DNA of 64,000 nucleotides, taken from positions 1-64,000 of IMG/VR virus record IMGVR_UViG_3300024343_000007. One strand, given 5' to 3'. Shown here one piece after another: positions 9,229 to 17,601 of this stretch. Numbering within the stretch: position 1 is the first letter of the stretch; each line of letters begins with the position of its first letter. The notes beneath the pieces were generated by a model. That model did not search any database, was not told the origin of the DNA, and was given only the letters and a program-made list of their open reading frames with translations. This stretch comes from a virus. Its lineage: Duplodnaviria; Heunggongvirae; Uroviricota; Caudoviricetes. The position numbers and the translations under genes are program-made.

Positions 9229-9561
9229 TTATTTTTTGTTTTTGTTTTTAAAATGTCTACTAGCTTGTTGTTGTCTAATCACCTGCTTTGGTATATCATT
9301 AACCCAATCAGGTATACTATCTAACATTTCTGCTATCTTTGTTGAAACAGGACTCATTGGTTTAAGTGGTAATGGTACTTTGTTAGAACTAAATCTACCT
9401 GTATCCACTCCATCTTTATATCTCTTATCTGTGGCTCTCTGGCCTGGCTTAAGTATAGTGCTGTATATTATGCCACTCTTTATTTTTCTTCTCATAATAA
9501 TGGGTTTAAGAAAAGCCCCACATTTCTGCAGGGCTTTCTCGTTTACTAACCACACACACAT
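9229..9561 (-). CDS. hypothetical protein (110 aa)
   Basis: ORF, 4-nt spacer from the previous gene. Confidence 0.4.
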   Translation of the reverse strand: MCVWLVNEKALQKCGAFLKPIIMRRKIKSGIIYSTILKPGQRATDKRYKDGVDTGRFSSNKVPLPLKPMSPVSTKIAEMLDSIPDWVNDIPKQVIRQQQASRHFKNKNKK

Positions 9562-9566
9562 CTAAC

Positions 9567-9758
9567 CTAATTTCTTTGTAATGAGTTATAGACATGTCTA
9601 TACCACTCATTTATCTCTAATTGCTCTTCAGGTGTAGCTGTAGACTTAAGTTTTATCTCAAGCTTTAATGGCTGCTCCTCAGGCTTTTTATCTTCAAATA
9701 AAATTTCATATAGCTTCTTCATCTCCTTGGTTTTAAAGGGTTTATTAATCTGGGTCAT
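9567..9758 (-). CDS. hypothetical small protein (about 63 aa; the longest frame extends to 9845)
   Basis: The longest ORF (9567..9845) overlaps the 210-aa acidic gene by 100 nt. The internal Met (MTQINKPF...) at about 9758 is the more plausible start. Confidence 0.3.
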   Translation of the reverse strand: MTQINKPFKTKEMKKLYEILFEDKKPEEQPLKLEIKLKSTATPEEQLEINEWYRHVYNSLQRN

Positions 9759-10377
9759 AATCTGTCTTGTCTTTAGGGTGATCGTGTGGCCATTCAGGAT
9801 TGTCATAATCAGTGAGGTCATCCATATCATCAAAGTTTTCTTCATCTTCTAATCCATCATTTGATGTGACATCATAATCATCATCCCAATCGTCTTCATC
9901 TACAAAGCCAGCTTGTTTAATCATCACCTTGTCAGTGTCTTCATATAACAGTGGTTCTCTAGTCTCATCATCTACCTCAAGAGCTATGAGACCATCATTA
10001 TCACCATTCTCACCATATAACCAATCATTGATAATCTTGGGTGACAAGTCTTCTAATGTAGTGTGATCTGTCCATGTACCATCTTCATTCTCTTCAGCAA
10101 GGTTATCTTCCCACCAACCTATGTATTCAGGACGTACAAGTATATCCTCTACATCATCAGGGTTAGTCATTGGTTGAATAATGAATGGTTCAACTGGTGC
10201 ACCACTAGTAGACATGTATTCGTACATGTCATATGGTATCTCTTTTAGTTCATATATGGTAAAATAGTTATATACTTTACCATAGACCACATCACTGTGA
10301 TCTCTTTTAAACCACATACCTACTTCCAATTGCTTGGGCATATATGATTTAAATATAAGTTTTGCTAATATAAACAT
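9745..10377 (-). CDS. hypothetical highly acidic protein (210 aa)
   Basis: Asp/Glu-rich throughout, especially the C-terminal 60 aa (DEDDWDDDYD...DDMDDLTDYD). Early-module position. Confidence 0.6.
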   Translation of the reverse strand: MFILAKLIFKSYMPKQLEVGMWFKRDHSDVVYGKVYNYFTIYELKEIPYDMYEYMSTSGAPVEPFIIQPMTNPDDVEDILVRPEYIGWWEDNLAEENEDGTWTDHTTLEDLSPKIINDWLYGENGDNDGLIALEVDDETREPLLYEDTDKVMIKQAGFVDEDDWDDDYDVTSNDGLEDEENFDDMDDLTDYDNPEWPHDHPKDKTDYDPD

Positions 10378-10456
10378 AATTGTTTGTTTTTATAATGATT
10401 AAAATAGAGCCCTGCTAGGGGAAGCAGAGCCCTAAATCTAACACACATATTACCAA

Positions 10457-10651
10457 CTAGCCAATCTTTTTTGTGTTTTGTTTGTGATTGTAAAAATACA
10501 ATGCAGATGTTAAATAACCTGTAATAGATACAAGTATTAACATACCCCATCCAAGATCACTCTCTTCAAAGGTATATAATATCCATAGGATAATAAATGT
10601 CGTAATTAAAGCCATCATAATGGCTATAAATAAATTAAATGCTTTTTTCAT
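10457..10651 (-). CDS. small predicted membrane protein (64 aa)
   Basis: Two hydrophobic helices (LFIAIMMALITTFIILWILY ; GMLILVSITGYLTSALYF). Confidence 0.4.
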   Translation of the reverse strand: MKKAFNLFIAIMMALITTFIILWILYTFEESDLGWGMLILVSITGYLTSALYFYNHKQNTKKIG

Positions 10652-10678
10652 GTTGTGTATTGTGTAATTAATAAATAT

Positions 10679-10885
10679 TTATTCTACCATATCAGCAAAG
10701 GCTAATTGCCATTCTTCATCTGTAATGCCTGTCATTAAGAACTCACGTTCTGCAGGTGGTAGATGAGGAACAATACGTTGAATAAGATCTGTCTTGTTTT
10801 CAATCTTCCATAGTTGTTCTTCTGTAACATCTATGTCCATAGTGTGCTCAACTTTTGTTAATGAGCTTATTTTAGTAATTTTCAT
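10679..10885 (-). CDS. hypothetical protein (68 aa)
   Basis: ORF, 2-nt spacer to the downstream membrane-protein gene. Confidence 0.4.
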   Translation of the reverse strand: MKITKISSLTKVEHTMDIDVTEEQLWKIENKTDLIQRIVPHLPPAEREFLMTGITDEEWQLAFADMVE

Positions 10886-10887
10886 AA

Positions 10888-11115
10888 CTAATTGATTTTA
10901 AATAATTTAATACTTTCAAAGTCCTTTTCATCACCTGACATGTATAATATAGACATCATCATAAAATAGAATGCATAAGCTATAATGTAAGGTGTGGAAG
11001 TAATAGCATCTTGGTATACAAATGCAAATCCTGATACTAATAAGAAGAATAGGACAATTACATATGGTATTGTCCATAGTGCTAATAAATTAGCAATGTG
11101 TTTAATAAAGTTCAT
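10888..11115 (-). CDS. small predicted membrane protein (75 aa)
   Basis: Hydrophobic segments (LALWTIPYVIVLFFLLVSGFAFVY ; IIAYAFYFMMMSILYM). Confidence 0.45.
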   Translation of the reverse strand: MNFIKHIANLLALWTIPYVIVLFFLLVSGFAFVYQDAITSTPYIIAYAFYFMMMSILYMSGDEKDFESIKLFKIN

Positions 11116-11202
11116 AAATGTGTGTTAAATGATTGATTAATAATGTGTTATATAAATATATATCGCCTTTGGTACGCTAAAGGCTAATGACAGAGATATA
11201 TA

Positions 11203-11709
11203 TTATTCAGAATGAGATGCATCACCATCCCAATAGTCTGTTTCTGTTAATGGTTCTTCAACTGTGTTTATTTTTCTAAATAGATTATGTATGTTATTAC
11301 CACCATTATCAAGCGTCTTGACATGTATATATTTATACTCATCAGTGTTTAATTGAATAACAGCAGCCATAGGATCTTCCCAATTATCAGAGCCATATCT
11401 TAATGCTAAACAGGCTAGATCACCATAATCAGTGATTTCTCCTTCTGCATTAGAAGGAAATACCATTGTCTCTTGCATAAGATCACTTGTAGAAGCAAGA
11501 ACATACTCTGGATGATAATCATCAAGATTAGGAAAATGAGCTAATGCTAATTGTTCTGCAGCCTCATTTTCAGCAGCCATTTGTTTGTAATCATCATCAG
11601 ACCAATCCATTTGATCAGCATCGTTCTCAGGTTCTCCTGAATTAACATAATCGAATACATCTTGTAATGTAATAAAGCCATTGTCTATTAAGACTTGAAT
11701 CTTGTTCAT
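11203..11709 (-). CDS. hypothetical acidic protein (168 aa)
   Basis: Asp/Glu-rich (ENDADQMDWSDDDYKQMAAENEAAE...). First gene after a 225-bp spacer that contains a terminator. Confidence 0.6.
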   Translation of the reverse strand: MNKIQVLIDNGFITLQDVFDYVNSGEPENDADQMDWSDDDYKQMAAENEAAEQLALAHFPNLDDYHPEYVLASTSDLMQETMVFPSNAEGEITDYGDLACLALRYGSDNWEDPMAAVIQLNTDEYKYIHVKTLDNGGNNIHNLFRKINTVEEPLTETDYWDGDASHSE

Positions 11710-11880
11710 GTGTTTTTTATTTAATATGTGTGTGAATAAAATCCCTCTGTACTCAGATGTAATACATACACTTCGTCAGCTAATTTGATGAGGATTGGTT
11801 TTTATACCCTAACTCAAATCTGAAGCACTGTTCTGCCATGTATTACATCTGTCTATCCTTGGGAAATAGAAATGGTACAT

Positions 11881-11909
11881 TGAAACAAAAGAGCCCATTA
11901 CAGGCTCTT
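11881..11909 (-). terminator. Rho-independent terminator on the minus strand
   Basis: Stem AAGAGCC (11889-11895) / GGCTCTT (11903-11909) with a 7-nt loop. On the minus strand it is followed by TTTGTTTC (complement of 11881-11888). Lies just downstream of the small ORF 11936-12092. Confidence 0.45.
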
Positions 11910-11935
11910 ATTATCCATTATAAGAAGATTCTAAC

Positions 11936-12092
11936 ATAGCTATAGAATGTTCTCTTTGTATCTGTCCAGCTAATGCTTCAAGCTTCTTTGCCATTTGTCT
12001 AACAAACTCTATATGCTCTATGTTAGAATAGACAGCTTCCTTACACTCACAAGAGAGTGCATATACTAATTCATCTAATGACTTTTCCATGT
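11936..12092 (-). CDS. hypothetical small protein (about 52 aa)
   Basis: Reverse-strand ORF MEKSLDELVYALSCECKEAVYSNIEHIEFVRQMAKKLEALAGQIQREHSIAMLESSYNG. Below the 60-aa cutoff of the ORF track. Bounded by two terminator-like hairpins. Confidence 0.3.
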
Positions 12093-12281
12093 TAATTGTT
12101 ATTTAATGCTATATATATTGTATTGTATAGCACAGATTATCAAATGTTGTTTAGACCACTAAAAGGGTCAATAGAACCTACACCATCTCGTTCATTCACA
12201 CAGAATGTATTGAATTTCAGTGAGTTATATAATTATTCCCACCCAAACGTGTCATTACACCCACCCTTATATACGAATAAG

Positions 12282-12316
12282 GGAAAACAAGAGCTTGGAT
12301 GATGTTCCAAGCCCTT
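12282..12316 (-). terminator. Rho-independent terminator on the minus strand, following the 128-aa first early gene
   Basis: Imperfect 11-bp stem CAAGAGCTTGG (12287-12297) / CCAAGCCCTTG (12306-12316), 8-nt loop, followed on the minus strand by TTTTC (complement of 12282-12286). The 128-aa gene stop is at 12330. Confidence 0.45.
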
Positions 12317-12329
12317 GTTAAGTGTGAGA

Positions 12330-12716
12330 TTAAGCCCCTGCCAACTCTTCAAGCTCTGCTTCGCTTGTGATGCCCACAGCAGTGTACTCTTTCTTGATAG
12401 CCTGTGCAACTTCTGCATCTAATGTAGCGTCTATCACGTGAGCGTCAATGTACTCTTGCTTGGTCTTGAACACTGCAGTTGCAGTATCACGAGTCATTGT
12501 TAACTTGCCATCAGCGTAAGGTATTGCATTACCATCTTTGTCAAGTCTTGCACCATAAGTCTTCTTTGCAACTATAGCGAAGAATTGCTTAAAGTCTGCA
12601 TCAACCTTAATGCCCAATGCATCCATCTGACGCTTGTAGATGTGGATTCTTTCGCCTTTAGTGTTGTAACCATTGAAGTTACCATTTGGTGAGAAGTTGC
12701 CTGAATTGATTACCAT
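12330..12716 (-). CDS. hypothetical protein (128 aa), promoter-proximal first gene of the leftward module
   Basis: ORF directly adjacent to the divergent control region and followed by its own terminator. Noticeably GC-richer codon usage in its 3' half than surrounding genes. No motif recognised. Confidence 0.65.
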   Translation of the reverse strand: MVINSGNFSPNGNFNGYNTKGERIHIYKRQMDALGIKVDADFKQFFAIVAKKTYGARLDKDGNAIPYADGKLTMTRDTATAVFKTKQEYIDAHVIDATLDAEVAQAIKKEYTAVGITSEAELEELAGA

Positions 12717-13381
12717 AACGAATTTTACAGTTTTGTAGTGGTGTCTCCACTATAGGTTTGTTAATTGTGAGCCATAGGGGGGCTATGTCAACCCCCTGTT
12801 TTGTGCACGGGGGTGCAATCTGGGTTACCCTCCTCCCCTATACATACAAAGGGGGTAGGGGGGCTATATAAAATTTTGGGCCTAAGCACAGGATAGTTCC
12901 ACAAGGAACGTTGCATGAATTTTTCCAAATTCTTCATGCACATTGTGTCACAATTTTTCAAATATTTGTGACATATTTATATAAATAGGTAACAAGGACT
13001 TCTGGGTTTGGCTGTGTTTTACTTCCTGATTTGGCAAGTTATAACAAGTCTATATTCTGCCAAAAGTCAAGCTATAGCTTTACCCATCTTACGTTTTGTC
13101 AAGCTATAGCTTTACATAATGTGTCTTATAAGGGATATGCTCAGCTTAACAATGTTGCTTTTATGACACATTATGATATGTCTTTACATATAATGATGGA
13201 ATCATCTTACATATTATATGCTTTATGATATAATATCCTGTTGTATCAAAACTAGAAAATCCTGCAAGTTTTGATAATAGGAAAAAATAAATTTGGCTGG
13301 TAAATTTATTTAGCAGTATCTTTGGGGGGGATTTAGGGGGGGCCCTGCTAATTCACCTCTCATTAATAAAAGCTTAGATAT
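12717..13381. promoter_or_regulatory. Divergent non-coding control region between the leftward and rightward modules (candidate early promoters, operators, possible origin)
   Basis: 665 bp without a convincing ORF (only a 65-aa frame). Contains palindromes GCATGAA-n13-TTCATGC (12913-12939) and TGTCACAA-n12-TTGTGACA (12946-12973), two copies of the near-palindrome GTCAAGCTATAGCTTTAC (13066-13083, 13098-13115), the repeated element TAGGGGGGCTAT (12774-12786, 12856-12867), and G7-ATTTA-G7 (13324-13342). Genes diverge from both ends. Confidence 0.5.
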
Positions 13382-13627
13382 ATGGTAGTAGTAAATGTGT
13401 TGTTGGTTATAGTGACGTTACTTAGTATGGCAGTGATTGTATGGGGGTTAGTCTGCTTTGAGGAGTATGAGATAGGTATAGAGTTTCTACCTAAAGACTA
13501 CAATAGTTTTGAACTAGGAGTGTCTAATAGAAACTACAAGTTGGAAGATGAAGGGTTAGAACAGGAGCTTAGGATAGGACTGTTGTTATTCAGTGTTATT
13601 TTCCTGTTTAGGAGATTTGATGCATAA
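13382..13627 (+). CDS. small predicted membrane protein (81 aa)
   Basis: N-terminal hydrophobic helix VVVNVLLVIVTLLSMAVIVWGLVCF and a C-terminal hydrophobic segment. First ORF of the rightward module. Confidence 0.4.
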   Translation: MVVVNVLLVIVTLLSMAVIVWGLVCFEEYEIGIEFLPKDYNSFELGVSNRNYKLEDEGLEQELRIGLLLFSVIFLFRRFDA

Positions 13628-13690
13628 TATAGCATTAACTTTTGCAATAACTAAAATAGTTATTTGTAGATAGGTAAGATATACATACCT

Positions 13691-14065
13691 TTGTATCAAC
13701 TAATTATGGAAACCAAACCTAAATCTCCTATTGTACAACGACTGAAAAGATCAGTGGAGGACAGTTACGTCCTGGCTGAGAAGTATTATAGGATCTTGTC
13801 ATCTGTCAACGACCTTAAGTTGACAAACAGGGAGATACAGCTTATTGCGTTTGCTGCCATGAAGGGTAATATATCCTATGCTAACATACGTAAGGAGTTT
13901 TGTGAGAAGTACGACAGTACATCTCCTGCAATCAATAACATTATTAGTAAGCTGAAGAAGATGGGTGTGTTTGTAAAGGATGGGACAAAGGTGAAGGTCA
14001 ATCCTCTCATCTTGCTCAACTTCGACAAGGATATTATATTGCAAATAAGTCTAATACATGGATAA
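13691..14065 (+). CDS. hypothetical protein (124 aa), possible winged-helix DNA-binding protein
   Basis: ORF preceded by TACCTTTG (a Bacteroidota-type -7 box TAnnTTTG) about 20 nt upstream of the ATG. Sequence LTNREIQLIAFAAMKGNISYANIRKEF is reminiscent of a wHTH recognition region (weak inference). Confidence 0.5.
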   Translation: MYQLIMETKPKSPIVQRLKRSVEDSYVLAEKYYRILSSVNDLKLTNREIQLIAFAAMKGNISYANIRKEFCEKYDSTSPAINNIISKLKKMGVFVKDGTKVKVNPLILLNFDKDIILQISLIHG

Positions 14066-14459
14066 GCCTATAAGCATGTCTGTTAAAGACTTCCTAGTTA
14101 GGACGCTTGCAGTTAAGATGATGATGAATGAAAAGATGATTGAGGCTGTGATAAACCATCAGTTTCAGTCTGCCAATGAGGCAATGGATCTTAACAATAG
14201 TCTAGAGATATCTGGCTTTGGTAAGTTCTATTTCAATGAGAAGAAAGCTATAAAACGACTTGGACAATTGAATGCTAAGAAGCAGGCAATGGAAAGGATA
14301 ATAATAGATGAAACTACATCTGAACAAAAGAAACGTTCATCTAAGGTGACACTAGAAAAAACAGAAGCTCTGATCAATTTGCTAACAACAAAAACTATAT
14401 ATGAAGATCAACTTCTCTCAGATATACGAGGGGTGGAAGAACAACCTCTTTCCAGCTGA
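14058..14459 (+). CDS. HU/IHF-like DNA-binding protein homolog (133 aa)
   Basis: N-terminal helix followed by LEISGFGKFYFNEKKA, matching the conserved HU/IHF beta-arm entry motif (GFGxF). Overall length and layout are HU-like; the C-terminal tail is divergent. Confidence 0.55.
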   Translation: MDKPISMSVKDFLVRTLAVKMMMNEKMIEAVINHQFQSANEAMDLNNSLEISGFGKFYFNEKKAIKRLGQLNAKKQAMERIIIDETTSEQKKRSSKVTLEKTEALINLLTTKTIYEDQLLSDIRGVEEQPLSS

Positions 14460-14748
14460 TGAAATAAAAGAACAGATTAGACAAGTCAGTAAAGAACGTA
14501 TGGCCATTTGTGATCAATGCGAATGGTGTTCTGAGAACAAACCTAAGAAGCCTCGTAGGTTTGATAAGCATTGCACCCATTGTGGATGTGTCCTATCAGC
14601 AAAAACTAAGTGTTTATCTTGTAGCTGTCCCATAGACAAATGGGGACCAGAGATGGAATCTAAGGAAGATGAAGATCAATTAATACAAACAATATATGGA
14701 AAGCAGGGAAGTGAAAATAGAGAGGATTCCACTGGACAGGCTAATTGA
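14401..14748 (+). CDS. Cys-rich zinc-ribbon protein (115 aa from the longest frame; alternative start MAICDQ at about 14502)
   Basis: Cys pairs CDQCEWC...CTHCGC...CLSCSCP (several CxxC). The 5' end overlaps the HU-like gene by 58 nt in another frame, so the real start is uncertain. Confidence 0.45.
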   Translation: MKINFSQIYEGWKNNLFPADEIKEQIRQVSKERMAICDQCEWCSENKPKKPRRFDKHCTHCGCVLSAKTKCLSCSCPIDKWGPEMESKEDEDQLIQTIYGKQGSENREDSTGQAN

Positions 14749-14950
14749 TACGCTTGTTGACTTATATAATAAAGGTATAGACTATGTTGATATAGTGGGA
14801 GTTCCTGGGGTTGAGTTTGATAGAATGGGTATAGCCTTTACAAGAGACTATATGACAGAACATGGAAAAGAAAACTTTGGAGAAATAGGTGTTGACCTAG
14901 AGATCATATCTTCAAAGCTAACAGATGATGATTTAAATGAATTAATATAA
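14696..14950 (+). CDS. hypothetical protein (84 aa)
   Basis: ORF; 52-nt overlap with the preceding gene in a different frame. Confidence 0.4.
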   Translation: MESREVKIERIPLDRLIDTLVDLYNKGIDYVDIVGVPGVEFDRMGIAFTRDYMTEHGKENFGEIGVDLEIISSKLTDDDLNELI

Positions 14951-14955
14951 AACTA

Positions 14956-15243
14956 ATGAGTAAAAAGACTCACTATACAGAAGTCATTAATATACTACAA
15001 GAACTACATGATGATTTTCCAACATATAATATTGGAAGACATCTAGCTACAGCTCTTTCAGACTATGGTGATATCTGGGGTATAACAGATAAAGAACTTG
15101 CTTTTGCTCTAAGCAAATATAAGAGCGAGATTGAGATGGATGTCCCACACACAGATGACTCTGAACTTGAAAAAATAATTAAAGAAGGCATGGACCTTGA
15201 TAATATCCTTAAGGAGGAGGAAGAAGAAGATGGCAACTATTAA
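14956..15243 (+). CDS. hypothetical acidic protein (95 aa)
   Basis: ORF with an acidic C-terminus (LKEEEEEDGNY). Confidence 0.45.
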   Translation: MSKKTHYTEVINILQELHDDFPTYNIGRHLATALSDYGDIWGITDKELAFALSKYKSEIEMDVPHTDDSELEKIIKEGMDLDNILKEEEEEDGNY

Positions 15244-15562
15244 AAAAACTACATACGTAAATACAGAGCTTGAATGGGCTGAGTCACAACTCGTTTCATG
15301 GAAAGCTTATGTGAATGCTAACCCACTGCATGAATTGAAAGATAGGATTGAGTGGAAACCTACAGCAAAAGGAGGACTGTTACCTATGGTGATAGCATCT
15401 ATTGAAGCTCAAGGTAAATTTGTCCAAGAGACAATGAAAAACTATCTAGCATTAATAGAGGTGGTAGATAAGCTAAGAAACATGGAAGAAGCTAAGGTGG
15501 AAGTGAGAGGTAAAGGTGAGTTGTCAGGAGCTGCTGCTGAGTTCTTAGCAAATAGAAAATAA
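15230..15562 (+). CDS. hypothetical protein (about 110 aa from MATIKK), candidate small terminase subunit by position
   Basis: Its TAA stop (15560-15562) overlaps the ATG (15562-15564) of the putative TerL, giving TAATG. Size and position immediately upstream of TerL are the only support; there is no sequence motif. Confidence 0.35.
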   Translation: MATIKKTTYVNTELEWAESQLVSWKAYVNANPLHELKDRIEWKPTAKGGLLPMVIASIEAQGKFVQETMKNYLALIEVVDKLRNMEEAKVEVRGKGELSGAAAEFLANRK

Positions 15563-17601
15563 TGGAACTACAAAGTATAGACTACAAAGACTGGTTTATA
15601 AATCAGAAGCGTATTCCTGATAAAGAGTCTCAGGAATGTAAGCCATTCTTTGACTTTCACAGAGAGCTATGCTTAAATGGAGCTATGATGGGAGGAACTT
15701 ATATTAATCCTTTCCTTTACTGGCACCTTAATATATGGCATACAGAAGTAGATATAATAGATAGTTATGGGAGGATTGCACAGAAATATGCCAATCCCCT
15801 ATTGAGAGATAATGAATGGCTTGTGACGAACGAAATTGACAGAGCTCAACAAGAAAAGAGGGGCTTAGTCATTCTAGGTATTAGACGTTTTGCCAAGTCT
15901 GTTCTTGAAGCATCCTATATTGCATGGGGTGCGACCTTTGATGAAAACAGTCAGAATATCATAGCAGGCTTAAATGCCCCAGATATAAAACTGATTACTG
16001 ATAAGATTGACAAAGGATTGAATTTCATTCCTGAGTATTGGAGGTGGCAGAGAATTGAGGACAACTGGAAGAACCAAGTGACTCTAGGTATAAAGACCAA
16101 GTCTGGTGAACGTATCCCATTCTCTTCCATTCTAATACGTAACCTTGATGAAGGTAATAATGAAGAGGCAATTGCAGGTACAAAACCACGTAAATTAATT
16201 ATAGATGAGATTGGTAAAGGAAATTTCCTTCGAGGCTTACAGGCAGCTATTCCTGGTTTCACTACACCCTATGGTTGGGGATGTAGTCCCATTCTTACTG
16301 GTACAGGTGGTGACATGAAGAAATTCATGGATGCCAAAAGCTTAATGTTTGACGTAGACAACTTTAATTTCCTTACATATAATAATGCTAAAGATGACAA
16401 ACGTATACATGGGTTGTTTATCTCCCATAAATATAGAATGGAGGCAAAGGAGGATTCTACACTAGGAGCATACTTAAATGAGTCAGCTAGTTCAGACTTA
16501 CATAATGTTAAAATGCTTGTAAGTAATGAAGATAAGGCTACAGAAATTACTAATAGAGATTTAGAAAGACTTAAGAAAGCTGGTGATCGTATTGCCTATC
16601 TAAAAGAAAAGATGTACTATCCTCAAGAGGTAGATGATATCTTCTTGAACGAGGACACAAATATATTTGATATTGAGAGTGCTAAGAGACAGAAGTCCAG
16701 GTTGTTACAACAAGAAAGAACAGGAACTCCAGTTATATTATTTTCTGGAGAGAATGGTATAGAGCATGAGTTTACAGATAAACTACCTATCTCTAACTTC
16801 CCTCTAAAGAACTCAGACTTAAAAGAAGCACCTGTAGTTATATATGAATTCCCTATAGATAATCCACCTTATGGATTGTATGTAGCAGGAGTCGATCCAT
16901 ATAGACAAGGTAAGTCTGCATATTCAACTTCGCTTGGATCTGTATACATATATAAGAGGATGCATGAAATTAGTGGTGAGAAATATCAAGATATGTTCGT
17001 AGCTTCGTATTGTGCAAGACCTGATAAGAAAGAAACTTGGGAAGAACAAGCTAGACTTCTTATAAAGTATTATAATGCTAGAGCTCTTTGTGAGAATGAT
17101 GATATATCCTTTATTGAATATATGAAAGCTAAAGGAGATGCTCACTTTTTAGAAAGACAACCTGAATGGTTGAAAGAGATTGTTCCTAACACTACAGTTA
17201 AAAGAGATTATGGTATTCATCGTTCAAGTCAGAAGATAATTGACTATCTTCACACTTGTTTAAAGAAGTATATGGAAGCTCCAATCTTTGTGGAAAAGAA
17301 TGAAGCAGGTGAAGTGATTAGAGAAGTGTTAGGTGTGAGTAAGATATTTGATCCTGTATTGCTTGAAGAGATTATTCAATACAATGATCAAGGTAACTTT
17401 GATAGAATCATAGCTGCAGAGTTAGCCATAGCACAAGCTTTGAAGATGGACCCAATTATGGGTAAGATAGGTGGAACAAGTGATGAACGAGTTGCTTCTA
17501 TGTTTAAGAAGAAGAGAGGAAACATACTCTTCACTGACTCTAGAAATAACATGTTTGGACAATCAAAAAATAAATATAAACGAAATAAATTGTTTTCATA
17601 A
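15562..17601 (+). CDS. Terminase large subunit (679 aa)
   Basis: N-terminal ATPase with a deviant Walker A (GIRRFAKS) and Walker B LIIDEIGKGN. C-terminal region has acidic residues in RNase-H-like nuclease positions (VAGVDPYRQ..., ...CENDD). Size and position ahead of a portal-sized gene fit TerL. Confidence 0.7.
   Translation: MELQSIDYKDWFINQKRIPDKESQECKPFFDFHRELCLNGAMMGGTYINPFLYWHLNIWHTEVDIIDSYGRIAQKYANPLLRDNEWLVTNEIDRAQQEKRGLVILGIRRFAKSVLEASYIAWGATFDENSQNIIAGLNAPDIKLITDKIDKGLNFIPEYWRWQRIEDNWKNQVTLGIKTKSGERIPFSSILIRNLDEGNNEEAIAGTKPRKLIIDEIGKGNFLRGLQAAIPGFTTPYGWGCSPILTGTGGDMKKFMDAKSLMFDVDNFNFLTYNNAKDDKRIHGLFISHKYRMEAKEDSTLGAYLNESASSDLHNVKMLVSNEDKATEITNRDLERLKKAGDRIAYLKEKMYYPQEVDDIFLNEDTNIFDIESAKRQKSRLLQQERTGTPVILFSGENGIEHEFTDKLPISNFPLKNSDLKEAPVVIYEFPIDNPPYGLYVAGVDPYRQGKSAYSTSLGSVYIYKRMHEISGEKYQDMFVASYCARPDKKETWEEQARLLIKYYNARALCENDDISFIEYMKAKGDAHFLERQPEWLKEIVPNTTVKRDYGIHRSSQKIIDYLHTCLKKYMEAPIFVEKNEAGEVIREVLGVSKIFDPVLLEEIIQYNDQGNFDRIIAAELAIAQALKMDPIMGKIGGTSDERVASMFKKKRGNILFTDSRNNMFGQSKNKYKRNKLFS

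Noticed and set aside
10365-10550. Minus-strand 61-aa ORF
   Set aside because: It overlaps the better-supported small membrane-protein ORF 10457-10651 and extends across an apparent intergenic hairpin region.
12096-12302. Plus-strand 68-aa ORF in the spacer between the 52-aa and 128-aa minus-strand genes
   Set aside because: It overlaps the terminator hairpin and lies antisense to the direction of all neighbouring genes. No support.
12717-13381. Possible tRNA or small RNA gene in the control region or other spacers (11710-11935, 23700-23889)
   Set aside because: No cloverleaf-compatible arrangement (conserved T-loop GTTCRANYC, D-loop) could be found by eye. The structures present are simple hairpins and palindromes.
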